Source of the DNA: a bacterium
GTDB taxonomy: Bacteria; Methylomirabilota; Methylomirabilia; CAVQYV01
DNA: 31,195 bases
Reading direction: 5' to 3'
NCBI GenBank assembly: GCA_043800755.1
Contig: JAZDMQ010000027.1
Span: 1-31,195, forward strand
Under the pieces are notes generated by a model. That model worked only from the letters and a program-made list of their open reading frames with translations, searched no databases and was not told where the DNA came from. Position 1 is the first letter of the stretch. Every line of letters starts with the position of its first letter. Position numbers and translations under genes: made by a program. This document shows positions 1-8,615 of this stretch, piece by piece.

Positions 1-66
1 ATCCCTTTTCTTACTATTCAATAGGAGTATTGAGCGACAAGGGGTTCCCGGACAGAAGCCTTCTCG

Positions 67-125
67 CCCGCAAACACAAAAAGGCGGCGTGACCTTTCAA
101 TGCAGAAGATCTGTTCGCTGCCTTT
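67..125 (-). terminator. Leader hairpin with U-tract (copy A of the repeated leader module); terminator/attenuator-like
   Basis: Minus strand reads AGGCAGCG-AACA-GATCTT-CTGCATTGA-AAGGTC-A-CGCCGCCT-TTTTGTGTTTGCGGG: outer and inner stems followed by a T-rich tail. Near-identical architecture at 8523-8579. Confidence 0.65.
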
Positions 126-230
126 CATTTCCCCCCCGGGCCAAAAGAGAGGCCGATTACACAAAATCGCTGAGAAATAGAGGACTGGATGCTTGTTCTG
201 GGTGGTGTTGTTTATTCCCTTCCGTTTTGC

Positions 231-259
231 TATCTATTCCTAATCATTCGGTTTGTCAA
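231..259 (-). promoter_or_regulatory. Putative sigma70-type promoter TTGACA-N17-TAGATA (copy A)
   Basis: Perfect -35 at 259-254, 17-bp spacer, TAGATA at 236-231. The same hexamer pair and spacing occur at 8386-8414. Confidence 0.55.
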
Positions 260-557
260 TCTCTTTTCGCCCTGCACAGAGTTGACTTTCAAATAGCTCT
301 CAAATGCCAAATTTGCAGTTTTCCATTTTTCTGACTCGAAGACCAATGAGCCACCCCATGCCACCGCACCGATCCCTGGACGGGTGGTGGGGGTAGGGGG
401 GTATCTGTCTCGGGGTGGAGAAGACATATCTCTGATGCTGGGGCTGCAGAGAGGAGAAAGCGCAAGGGATAGAGATGTATCGCTGGAGAAGGCAGAAGGG
501 CAGGGGGGTAGCCATTTCCACCCGCCTGCCCTTTGAGAGGTGTCTACCGTCGTGATC

Positions 558-706
558 TTTCTAACGGATTTCTAACGGGCCAACATCAAAAACCGGGGAA
601 ACGACGTAAAGGGACGTCAGGACAAAGGCCCCTTCCCCCTTGAATTTCCTACGGTTACTTGATATTGGCTGATGTTGCTTTATCCTCTTAGATTGGCTCA
701 TAACCC
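558..706 (+). other. Possible relic integrase attachment site (arm-type direct repeats plus tRNA-Met anticodon-loop fragment)
   Basis: TTTCTAACGG twice with an 11-bp period (558-567, 569-578). GGCTCATAACCC at 695-706 matches the tRNA-Met(CAT) anticodon loop region. No full tRNA or integrase in the window. Confidence 0.3.
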
Positions 707-709
707 AGT

Positions 710-1738
710 TCAGCCAATTCGCAGGACCTTGGCCCCCCGAATCTTGCGCTCCTTCAGCTCTGCCAGGGCCTGGTTGGTCTCCTGCAACCCGTACTCTTGG
801 AATTCAGGCCGGATCGGGACCTGGGCAGCGAGGTGCAAGAGCTCCTCCACATCCATCCGCGTGACATTGGCCACGCTCTTGATCTCCTTCTCCATCCAGA
901 GGTGGTGCGGATAATCCAGCCCTAACAGCGATTCCTTATCCGCCGCCTCCTTCCGGATCGCATTGATAATCAGCCTGCCTCCCTTTTCCAGATTCTGCAA
1001 GCCCGTGATGATCGGCCCCCAGGCCGGCGTGGTGTCGATGGCCCGGTGGACCTTCTCCGGGGCCTCTTCCTCGAAGCTGCCGACCCAGGAGGCGCCGAGT
1101 TCCCGGGCAAATGCCCTCTCCCCCTCGGAGCGAGAGAAGACGAAGACCTGGCAGCGGGGATACTGGTGTCGGACCATCTTCATTACCAGGTGGGCGGAGG
1201 CCCCGAATCCGATGAGACCCAGGCGCTCCCCGTCCTGGAGCCCGGAAAGGCGCAGGGAACGGTAACCGATCGCCCCGGCACAGAGGAGCGGGGCGGCCTC
1301 GGCGTCGGAGAAGGCCTCCGGGATGGGATAGGCGAAGGCCTCCGGGACCGTGGTGTATTCGGCATACCCTCCGTCCGCGTCCCTTCCCGTGGCCTGAAAG
1401 TGCTCGCACAGGTTCTCCTGTCCGCTCTGGCAGAGGTGGCATTTCCCGCAGGCCGAGTGGATCCAGGCAATCCCCACCCGCTCTCTGACCTTGAACCTGT
1501 GGGCCTCAGCCCCGGCTTGCTCCACCCGGCCTACGATCTGGTGGCCCAGGATGATGGGAAGCTTCACCGGAGGGGTCCTCCCCTCGATCTCGTCCAGCTC
1601 CGTATGGCAGACCCCACAGGTGGAGACCTTCACCAGGATCTCCTTTGGCTGGGGCAGGGGCATGGGCCAATCCGCTAACTCCAGGGGCGTTGGATTCTCT
1701 CGTAGATCATAGAGATGGCGCAAGACCATGGCCTTCAT
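710..1738 (-). CDS. Zinc-dependent alcohol dehydrogenase family protein (MDR superfamily, AdhP-like)
   Basis: 342 aa; GVCHTE catalytic Zn motif, GHQIVG, structural Zn CGKCHLC...ENLC, PLLCAG, GFGASA Rossmann loop; GGAGG RBS. Confidence 0.93.
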   Translation of the reverse strand: MKAMVLRHLYDLRENPTPLELADWPMPLPQPKEILVKVSTCGVCHTELDEIEGRTPPVKLPIILGHQIVGRVEQAGAEAHRFKVRERVGIAWIHSACGKCHLCQSGQENLCEHFQATGRDADGGYAEYTTVPEAFAYPIPEAFSDAEAAPLLCAGAIGYRSLRLSGLQDGERLGLIGFGASAHLVMKMVRHQYPRCQVFVFSRSEGERAFARELGASWVGSFEEEAPEKVHRAIDTTPAWGPIITGLQNLEKGGRLIINAIRKEAADKESLLGLDYPHHLWMEKEIKSVANVTRMDVEELLHLAAQVPIRPEFQEYGLQETNQALAELKERKIRGAKVLRIG

Positions 1739-1881
1739 GGCGATTCCCTCCCTCCTCTTTTGAGGCAGAAGCCACCGTCTCTTTTATCAGAAATGGGCGA
1801 GCAATTCCACAATTTCATGCACCACAAGGTGACGGTTGTTTCTTCCCTGCTCCCACGGTGTCCGAGTCTGCACTATTTTCC

Positions 1882-1911
1882 TTGAAACGGGCGGGCCAAA
1901 GGCCATAGAAT
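1882..1911 (+). promoter_or_regulatory. Putative sigma70 promoter of addAB
   Basis: TTGAAA (1882-1887)-N18-TAGAAT (1906-1911). Its position favours the ATG at 1942 over 1915. Confidence 0.45.
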
Positions 1912-1941
1912 ACAATGAAGAAGGAGCCGGAAGAATATACC

Positions 1942-4900
1942 ATGTCCCTTTCATCGGTTCTAAATAAAGACCGGGATTGTCAGTTTCCTCACTTCCTGCT
2001 GCTGGAGGCCTCGGCCGGATCGGGCAAGACACAGGCCCTGGCCGAACGGTTCGTCCAGTTTCTCCTCTCCCGCATCATCCCCCATCGCGACCTGTCTCAC
2101 CTCCTTGCGGTGACCTTCACCAAGAATGCGGCCCGGGAGATGAAGGAGCGAATCCTGGAGATGCTCAAGCAGTTGGCCTTGGGACAGGATCAGGGATTGC
2201 GGGAGAAGGTACTGAATCTGGTGAGTTCGAAACCGGATGAGCTGGCCGCCCGGGCCCGCGAGGCGGTAGACCAGATCATCGCGCGATACTCCGATTTCCA
2301 GGTTCAGACCATCGACAGCTTCACCTGGCAGGTGCTGAACTCCTCCGCCTGGGAGCTTGACCTCCGTCCGGACCTGGAGGTGTGTATGGATTACGACGAC
2401 CTGGTAAACTACGCCTTGGCCATGTTGGTCAGGGAGGTGGGGCCGGACAAGGATCCGGAGCTGACCCAGATGATGGAAGGATCGCTGCGGTTGTTGAACC
2501 AGCAAGGGGGAAAAAGCTTCATCTGGAACCCGGAGGCCAGGCTGAGAGAGAGATTCACAAAATTCCTGGAGCTGGAGAGCAAGGAGAGTCGGCGATTGGT
2601 GTTTGTGGACTATCGCGATCAGATGGAGGATTGCCTGCAGGCGATCCGGCAGACCTACGAGGCAATCACCGCCTTGCCTCTGGAAAGGAGAAAGAAAGGG
2701 GAGAGCCTTGCCAGCCACCTGGAACGAAGGGACATCCACGAACTTCTGAAGAGGACCTACAGCTCCTACACCGTTCCCGTCCTAAAACCCGAGTCCAAGG
2801 CGCCCCCGGACAAGATGGACCTATTTGAGGGGGCCCGAGAGAAATGGCTGAATTTGAGCCAGGTGGTGGGCAGGCTGGCAAGTTGTTATGCGCAGGGCCA
2901 CTATCACCCATACGGGGGGCCTTACGAGCGGTTCAAGAGATCCCTCGACCACGCGAAACAGAGGATCGGGGCTATTCACATCGACGATATCGGAAAGAGC
3001 CTTTCGGAGTACCTGGCGCAGGAAGCGGTGATTCCGGAGGTTTATATCCGGCTCGGGGAACGATTGTATCACTTTCTGATCGATGAGTTTCAGGATACTG
3101 ATCCAATTCAGTGGGCGAGCCTGTGGCCTCTGATTGAGGAATCCCTGGCTAAGGATGGCTCGTTCTTCGCGGTGGGCGATCTGAAGCAGGCAATCTTTAT
3201 GTTTCGCAAGGCTGATTACCGAATCATGCGGGACCTGATCCTGCAGATTAAAGATCCAACTCAGCTTGAAGGCTGGCTCCCTCCCAGCGTGAGGGGGCGG
3301 ACGAAGTTGGCCACCCTGGGCCGTAACTATCGGAGTGGGGGTGTCATCCTCGATTATGTGGATCATGTCTTCAAGGGGAGGCTGAAGCAGTTGGTGGGCA
3401 CGGACCTCCTGAAAGAGGATCTGACGGGATTAGCCGATTATGAACAAGAGCCCCTGGAGAAGAGAAAGGATCAGGGCTATGTCCAGGTGCGCCGGTTCCC
3501 CTTAGATTCCGAGGATACGGCGGAGGATTTCCCTCCCGTGCGCGAAACCCTGTCGAAGATTATTCTGGATGCTAAATCCCGGGGTTATCGTTATCGGGAG
3601 ATGGCGATCCTGACTGGGGAGAACAAGCAATTAGAAGTGGCCTTGGAATGGTTGACCGAGGAGGGAATCCCGGCCACGGCCTCCAGCTCGCTGGACATCC
3701 GCAACCGACGGGTAATTGCGGAATTGATTGAGCTCTTGAGGTTCCTGGACTCCCCGGTGGATGACCTGGCCTTTGCCAGTTTCGTCGGGGGCGAGATCAT
3801 GACCAGGGCAACCAGCCAGGAGGATCTGCCCGCTGGCCCTGATCTGCTTGGCCAACTCCTCCTGGAGGGAGAAGGCGCGGTGGGCCCCCAAGGGTATCTT
3901 TATGGGAGGTTCCGAGAAAAGCCGAGCCTGCAACCTTTATGGGAAAGGTATCTTGAGCTCCTCTATCAAAAGACGGGTTACCACCCGCTTTACGACCTGA
4001 TCTCCCTCGCCCTCAGGGTCTTCAGGGTCTTTGAAAACTTCCCGAAGGAGGCAGCCCCGCTGGTCAAATTTATGGAGGCGATCAAATCCCTGGAGTCGAG
4101 GGGGATGAACAGCATCAGGGATTTCCTGGAACTGGCCTCAAAAGAGCGGGAAGAGCTCTTTGAGATGGAGCTCCCGGAATTCAACGATGCTGTCCAACTC
4201 TTGACCTTCCACAAAGCGAAGGGGTTGGGCTTCCCGGTGGTGATCAACCTGCTCTACGACTCGCCCGGGCGGGGGAGGGATGTCCTATATTATAGCAGGG
4301 AGGGCGATGAGGTGAGGCTCTTCCATCTCGACAAACCGATTCTGGAAAAGGGTGCTGACTTCAACCCCGAACTGCGGGAGATCTACGACCGATTCCATTT
4401 GGATGAGCGGATTCAGGAGTTGAATACCCTCTATGTGGCCTGCACCCGGGCTGAGGACGAGCTCCATAACCTGGTGATCATCGAGAAGGAGGAAGAGGGG
4501 GTCATCGGCCAGTTGTTTGAGGAGATCGAAAGAGGTCGGAAACGGGCTGAACTGCCCCAGAGCGAAGAAGGGATTACAGGTCCCACGCCGGCCGTACTGC
4601 CTCCTGCGCGCATACCTCAGGAAGAATGGAGACGGGAGGACGGCTGGTCGCTTACCCGCTGGGAGGAGTCCCGAAGGGGTGAATTCTATCATCGGGTCTT
4701 GGAGCAGGTCGAGTTCCTGCCCGAACCCATCGCCGAGGAGCTCTCCCTCATCTTGGGCCGCTGTCAGGCCCAGGAGATCTTTGAATACGACCTGGCCCGG
4801 GTCCGGTCGGAGATGATTGATTTTTTCAATCACCGCCAGGTCAGGGATTGGTTTCTCCCTGCCCCCGAAAGAAAGGTGCTGCGCGAGGCGGAATATGTGG

Positions 4901-5106
4901 ATGAGTCCGGACAACTTCATCGCATGGACCGGGTGGTGCTGGATCCGGATCGGGTACAGGTGATCGATTTCAAGACCGGGGAGAGGCAGGATTATACGAG
5001 CCAGATGAGGGTTTACATGGAGATCTTGAGGCGGGTTTACCCTAACCGAAACACCGAGGGATATCTCGCCTATGTGGATTCAGGCTGGGTGGAGGAAGTG
5101 AATTGA
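1942..5106 (+). CDS. addA: AddA-like UvrD/SF1A helicase with C-terminal PD-(D/E)XK nuclease
   Basis: ASAGSGKT Walker A, VTFTKNAA, TIDSF, IDEFQD, VGDLKQAIF, NYRS, TFHKAKG, LYVACTRA; nuclease RMDRV...IDFKTG. Alternative start at 1915. Confidence 0.88.
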   Translation: MSLSSVLNKDRDCQFPHFLLLEASAGSGKTQALAERFVQFLLSRIIPHRDLSHLLAVTFTKNAAREMKERILEMLKQLALGQDQGLREKVLNLVSSKPDELAARAREAVDQIIARYSDFQVQTIDSFTWQVLNSSAWELDLRPDLEVCMDYDDLVNYALAMLVREVGPDKDPELTQMMEGSLRLLNQQGGKSFIWNPEARLRERFTKFLELESKESRRLVFVDYRDQMEDCLQAIRQTYEAITALPLERRKKGESLASHLERRDIHELLKRTYSSYTVPVLKPESKAPPDKMDLFEGAREKWLNLSQVVGRLASCYAQGHYHPYGGPYERFKRSLDHAKQRIGAIHIDDIGKSLSEYLAQEAVIPEVYIRLGERLYHFLIDEFQDTDPIQWASLWPLIEESLAKDGSFFAVGDLKQAIFMFRKADYRIMRDLILQIKDPTQLEGWLPPSVRGRTKLATLGRNYRSGGVILDYVDHVFKGRLKQLVGTDLLKEDLTGLADYEQEPLEKRKDQGYVQVRRFPLDSEDTAEDFPPVRETLSKIILDAKSRGYRYREMAILTGENKQLEVALEWLTEEGIPATASSSLDIRNRRVIAELIELLRFLDSPVDDLAFASFVGGEIMTRATSQEDLPAGPDLLGQLLLEGEGAVGPQGYLYGRFREKPSLQPLWERYLELLYQKTGYHPLYDLISLALRVFRVFENFPKEAAPLVKFMEAIKSLESRGMNSIRDFLELASKEREELFEMELPEFNDAVQLLTFHKAKGLGFPVVINLLYDSPGRGRDVLYYSREGDEVRLFHLDKPILEKGADFNPELREIYDRFHLDERIQELNTLYVACTRAEDELHNLVIIEKEEEGVIGQLFEEIERGRKRAELPQSEEGITGPTPAVLPPARIPQEEWRREDGWSLTRWEESRRGEFYHRVLEQVEFLPEPIAEELSLILGRCQAQEIFEYDLARVRSEMIDFFNHRQVRDWFLPAPERKVLREAEYVDESGQLHRMDRVVLDPDRVQVIDFKTGERQDYTSQMRVYMEILRRVYPNRNTEGYLAYVDSGWVEEVN

Positions 5107-7973
5107 GTCGGGCCCTTCTGGTCGATCAGGGAGGTGATCTCATCGCGGCGGTGCAAGGGCTGTTGCTCTCGGAGAAGGAGAGCCTGCCGCAGAGCCTGGT
5201 GATCTTCCCCGGGCGACGTCCCGCCCACTTTCTCCGTCGCTCCCTGGCCGAGCAGCTCGAATCGCCCTTCGTCCCCCCCCAGATCCTGTCTTTGGACGAG
5301 TGGGTGAATCGGGCCTATGAGCGGCTGGGGTACTGCCATCGCCCCCTCTCGGACATTGACGGGGTTGGCCTGCTCTATCGCCTCCACCGTGAAAGAGAGG
5401 GCACGAGCGATCCCGGAAGACCCAAGTGGCTCGGGCTGGGCGGCTTCCTGCCCTGGGGCTTCAAGATCTTTTCCGATTTCGAAGAGCTGGCGATCGAGCA
5501 GATCTCAGGGGAGCAGTTGCGGAGGGTTCAGGTCTTGGCGGAAGAGAAGATGCCGCCAAGAATCCAGCGCCATCTCTCCGACCTGGCCGGACTCTACCAG
5601 GACTTCTACCAGCGGCTTTTTAGAGATGGCCTTTCCACTCGCTCCTCCCGCTATCTCCGGGTGGCCCAGGAGGGGAATCAACTGGATCTATCCGGGTATC
5701 GGCAGATCATTCTGGCAGGTTTCTTTGCCCTGACCCGATCGGAGGTGGAGATCTTCAGCGGCCTGCTTGCACACGATCAGGCCTCCATCCTGCTTCAAGG
5801 CGGGGAGGAGGGGTCAGGGATCGAACAGATCATCGAGCAGTTGGGGGTGCAGCCCGTGCGCTGGATGGGCGAAGGCGCAACCCCGGGACCGGAGATTCAC
5901 TTTTATCGGGCGGTAGACTCGCACGGCCAGGTGATGAAGCTGAATCAGCTTCTGCGGCAGACCCCCAACCTCGATCATCACCAGGTGGTGGTCCTTCCAG
6001 ATCCAGAGACCCTGTTTGCAGTGGTCGAGCAGGCCCTGCCTTCGGCCGCGGAGGGCTATAATATCTCCCTCGGCTACCCTCTCCTCCGGACCCCGGTCTT
6101 CACCTTGATTCAAACCCTGGGTCGCACCGTGGAGACCCGGGAGGGAGATCTTTACTTCTTGCCCGACTATCTCAGGTTGGTGCTCCACCCCTATATCAAG
6201 AACCTCTTCTTTGAGGGCGCCATACAAGGGGCCATTGCAAGGGCCAGCTATCCCACCCGGATCCTCTTTCATGCCCTGGAGGAGGTCTTAACTCGGCGTC
6301 AGGTGAGGTATTTTTCGTTGCGGGAGATCGAGGAAGATCCCCGAATCTTGAAGGAGTTGGCCGGGAGGATGGCCGGTGCCGTTCGGGAGGGCGTCGGCAC
6401 GGAAGAGGTTGCCCAGCATCTGAAGAGGATCCACCAAATGTTATTTGCTCCTATCGAAGGACTGCGCGATATCGGCGATTTCTGCGGGAAGCTGCTGGGT
6501 CTCATCTCCTATGTGGCGCAGCATAGCCCGGCTCAACTTCACTCCTATTCCTCTCAGTTTATCCAGGTCCTGGGCGAGAGCCTGAAGGCGCTCATGACCT
6601 CCCAGATCGGGCAGGAGCGCATGGAAGAGGTCAAGGACTATTTTCGCCTGATGGATGGCTACCTCCGGACGGTGCGCGTCCCCTTTGTCGGCACCCCGCT
6701 AAAAGGCCTGCAGGTGCTGGGTTCCCTGGAGACCCGCAGCCTCAAGTTCGAAACCGTCTACTTCCTCGACGCCAATGAAGGGGTCATCCCCCCGGCCAGA
6801 AAGGCCGACACCCTGCTCCCACTGACGGTGCGCCGACAACTGGGGCTTTCCACTTATCGGCAGCGAGAGACGATTGTCCGCCATTACTTTGAGAACTTGA
6901 TCGTCGGTGCCCGGGAGGCCCACATCTTTTACAGCCAGGGCGAGGGTCGGGAGAGGAGTCGCCTGTTGGAGGGGCTGATGTGGAGGGAGCAGAAACAGAA
7001 CATGGACTTGAAGCTCAAGCACCAGGAGGAGATCTTCTTCCATAGCGACTTCACCCAGGGAGAGCCTCAGCCGATCAAGAAGACGGAGGCGATGCTGCGA
7101 CAGCTATCCGACTTGAAGTTTACGGCTACCAGCCTGGATGCCTATCTGAGATGTCCGTTGCGGTTCTATTACCGCTTCCTGCTACACCTGAAGGAGAAGG
7201 AGGGATGGGGGGAGGAGGTGGAGCAGTCGGAGATCGGCAAACTAGTGCATCGCATCCTGAAGGAGTTCTTCGAGGCCAAGAAAGGCCAGCCGCTGCGCAT
7301 TGTCCAGAAGGATTACCAAGCCATCAAAGGATTGACGGATCAGTTCTTCGAGAATAACTACGGCCGTCATTCAGGCGGTAGCCTGTTCCTGATTCAATCC
7401 CAGGTGAAGGCACGACTTCGGGATATCCTGGACTACCATCGCACCGAATTGCACGGGAGCATCGTCGTGGAATGCGAGAGTCCCCATAGTGCCACGATCG
7501 AGGTGACAAAGGTGGGGCCGAGGCGGATCACCGGCAAACTGGATCGGATCGATCGGAAAGGGGACGAGATCCTCATCTGGGATTACAAGACGGGATCAGG
7601 AGGCAACCGGATGAAGCCAAGCGGCAAGTTTCCCGGCTCGGCCAGGGAGACCTGGCATAAGACCCTGCGCTCGGTCCAGTTGCCGTTCTATCTCATGCTC
7701 TATCTGGCCAATCATCCAGATCAGGGGATCCACCGCATCGACGGCGCCCTGATGATGCTCGGAGAGAAGTCGATTAAGGAAGAGCACCTCTTTAACCAGA
7801 AGGTCGATAGGGAAGCCCTCTACGAGGAATACCGGAAGGCCATATACACCTTGATGCAAGAGATTATGGATCCGGGCCGGGACTTCGACGATACCCAGGA
7901 TCCGGAAGGGGAATGTGGTCGCTGCAACTACAAGGTGCTCTGCGGCCGCCAGTGGGTGAGCAAGAGATGGTAG
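5103..7973 (+). CDS. addB: AddB-like protein: inactive helicase-like N-terminus, PD-(D/E)XK nuclease and four-Cys Fe-S staple
   Basis: 956 aa, TTG start overlapping the addA stop; IFPGRR, GLQVLGSLETR, YLRCPLRFY, GKLVHRIL, GKLDRID...WDYKTG, C-terminal CGRCNYKVLC. Confidence 0.85.
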   Translation: MSRALLVDQGGDLIAAVQGLLLSEKESLPQSLVIFPGRRPAHFLRRSLAEQLESPFVPPQILSLDEWVNRAYERLGYCHRPLSDIDGVGLLYRLHREREGTSDPGRPKWLGLGGFLPWGFKIFSDFEELAIEQISGEQLRRVQVLAEEKMPPRIQRHLSDLAGLYQDFYQRLFRDGLSTRSSRYLRVAQEGNQLDLSGYRQIILAGFFALTRSEVEIFSGLLAHDQASILLQGGEEGSGIEQIIEQLGVQPVRWMGEGATPGPEIHFYRAVDSHGQVMKLNQLLRQTPNLDHHQVVVLPDPETLFAVVEQALPSAAEGYNISLGYPLLRTPVFTLIQTLGRTVETREGDLYFLPDYLRLVLHPYIKNLFFEGAIQGAIARASYPTRILFHALEEVLTRRQVRYFSLREIEEDPRILKELAGRMAGAVREGVGTEEVAQHLKRIHQMLFAPIEGLRDIGDFCGKLLGLISYVAQHSPAQLHSYSSQFIQVLGESLKALMTSQIGQERMEEVKDYFRLMDGYLRTVRVPFVGTPLKGLQVLGSLETRSLKFETVYFLDANEGVIPPARKADTLLPLTVRRQLGLSTYRQRETIVRHYFENLIVGAREAHIFYSQGEGRERSRLLEGLMWREQKQNMDLKLKHQEEIFFHSDFTQGEPQPIKKTEAMLRQLSDLKFTATSLDAYLRCPLRFYYRFLLHLKEKEGWGEEVEQSEIGKLVHRILKEFFEAKKGQPLRIVQKDYQAIKGLTDQFFENNYGRHSGGSLFLIQSQVKARLRDILDYHRTELHGSIVVECESPHSATIEVTKVGPRRITGKLDRIDRKGDEILIWDYKTGSGGNRMKPSGKFPGSARETWHKTLRSVQLPFYLMLYLANHPDQGIHRIDGALMMLGEKSIKEEHLFNQKVDREALYEEYRKAIYTLMQEIMDPGRDFDDTQDPEGECGRCNYKVLCGRQWVSKRW

Positions 7974-8011
7974 GGAGAAGGAGCAAGTACAGGTGAAGGG
8001 GAGGCCTTCAG

Positions 8012-8218
8012 GTCATGGTGATCCTTTGTGAACCAGCGGGGCTCATAGGCGCCCTTGGGAAGGATCGCCGTATCGGGGGGACCGAACTTCCTCCCACATT
8101 CGCGAAACCCGAAGAAGTAGCGCGAGTCTCAAGAGGAATAGAGGTGGTGCCCCTTGCCCTGGATGAGCCAGGAACCGCACAGGCGACGGTTGGTGTCCCA
8201 GAGGGCCCGCTTGCTTCA
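8012..8218 (-). pseudogene. Decayed fragment of an MBL-fold metallo-hydrolase (NAPE-PLD/RomA-like)
   Basis: Manual translation: *SKRALWDTNRRLCGSWLIQGKGHHLYSS*DSRYFFGFRECGRKFGPPDTAILPKGAYEPRWFTKDHH. This matches the family pattern HWS.R...D.N..LWGSW...YFAGD.GY...F..IG..FGP.D.A.LPIGAYEPRWF...H, with two in-frame TGAs and no start. Confidence 0.8.
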
Positions 8219-8385
8219 CAAAGCACTCGCTATGGTGCAGCCCGCGAACAGGCGCTGTCGAAGCAGTTCCTCGGCACACGGGGATTCCAGACAAGCTCGC
8301 GAAGAAGATCTGTTACCCAATCCGAGTGGAAATGTATCCTTTGGAGGCAATGAGGTCGAGACCGGGTGCCGGGTGTAAGTAATGC

Positions 8386-8414
8386 TTGACAGGGGGGGGG
8401 GCGTGTTATAGATA
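8386..8414 (+). promoter_or_regulatory. Putative sigma70-type promoter TTGACA-N17-TAGATA (copy B) with a G10 run in the spacer
   Basis: TTGACA 8386-8391, G10 8392-8401, TAGATA 8409-8414. Confidence 0.55.
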
Positions 8415-8522
8415 AGGTCCAGGGAGCCAGTTAGCGAGCTAAGGTCAACCCACAGGGCTCCATTTCCTCGTCGATGGCAATATGCGGGCTTCGCCCGGAG
8501 GGGAAGAGTGGGCAACAAGGAT

Positions 8523-8579
8523 AGGCACCGTAAGGATCTTTCCGTTCTAAAGATCACGGTGCCTTTTTGTGTTTGCGGG
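8523..8579 (+). terminator. Leader hairpin with U-tract (copy B); terminator/attenuator-like
   Basis: AGGCACCGT-AAG-GATCTTT-CCGTTCT-AAAGATC-ACGGTGCCT-TTTTGTGTTTGCGGG: perfect 9-bp outer and 7-bp inner stems. Lies between the promoter and the CDS at 8812. Confidence 0.7.
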
Positions 8580-8590
8580 GAGTGTAAGGC

Positions 8591-8615
8591 GGGGGTCAGG
8601 GGTCAGGGGCCGGGG
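8591..8615 (+). repeat. GGGGTCA heptamer tandem; four G4-G5 tracts (G-quadruplex motif)
   Basis: GGGGG-TCA-GGGG-TCA-GGGG-CC-GGGG. Confidence 0.6.

Noticed and set aside
382-415. Second G-quadruplex candidate
   Set aside because: Uneven tracts with a 10-nt loop; it can instead pair with the C-rich stretch at 350-370.
695-706. tRNA-Met gene
   Set aside because: Only a 12-nt anticodon-loop-like match; no D arm, T arm (GGTTCRA) or acceptor stem.
6219-6245. Imperfect 12-bp tandem duplication in addB (GAIQGAIARA)
   Set aside because: A small in-frame local duplication, unrelated to the palindromic elements, with no evidence of function.
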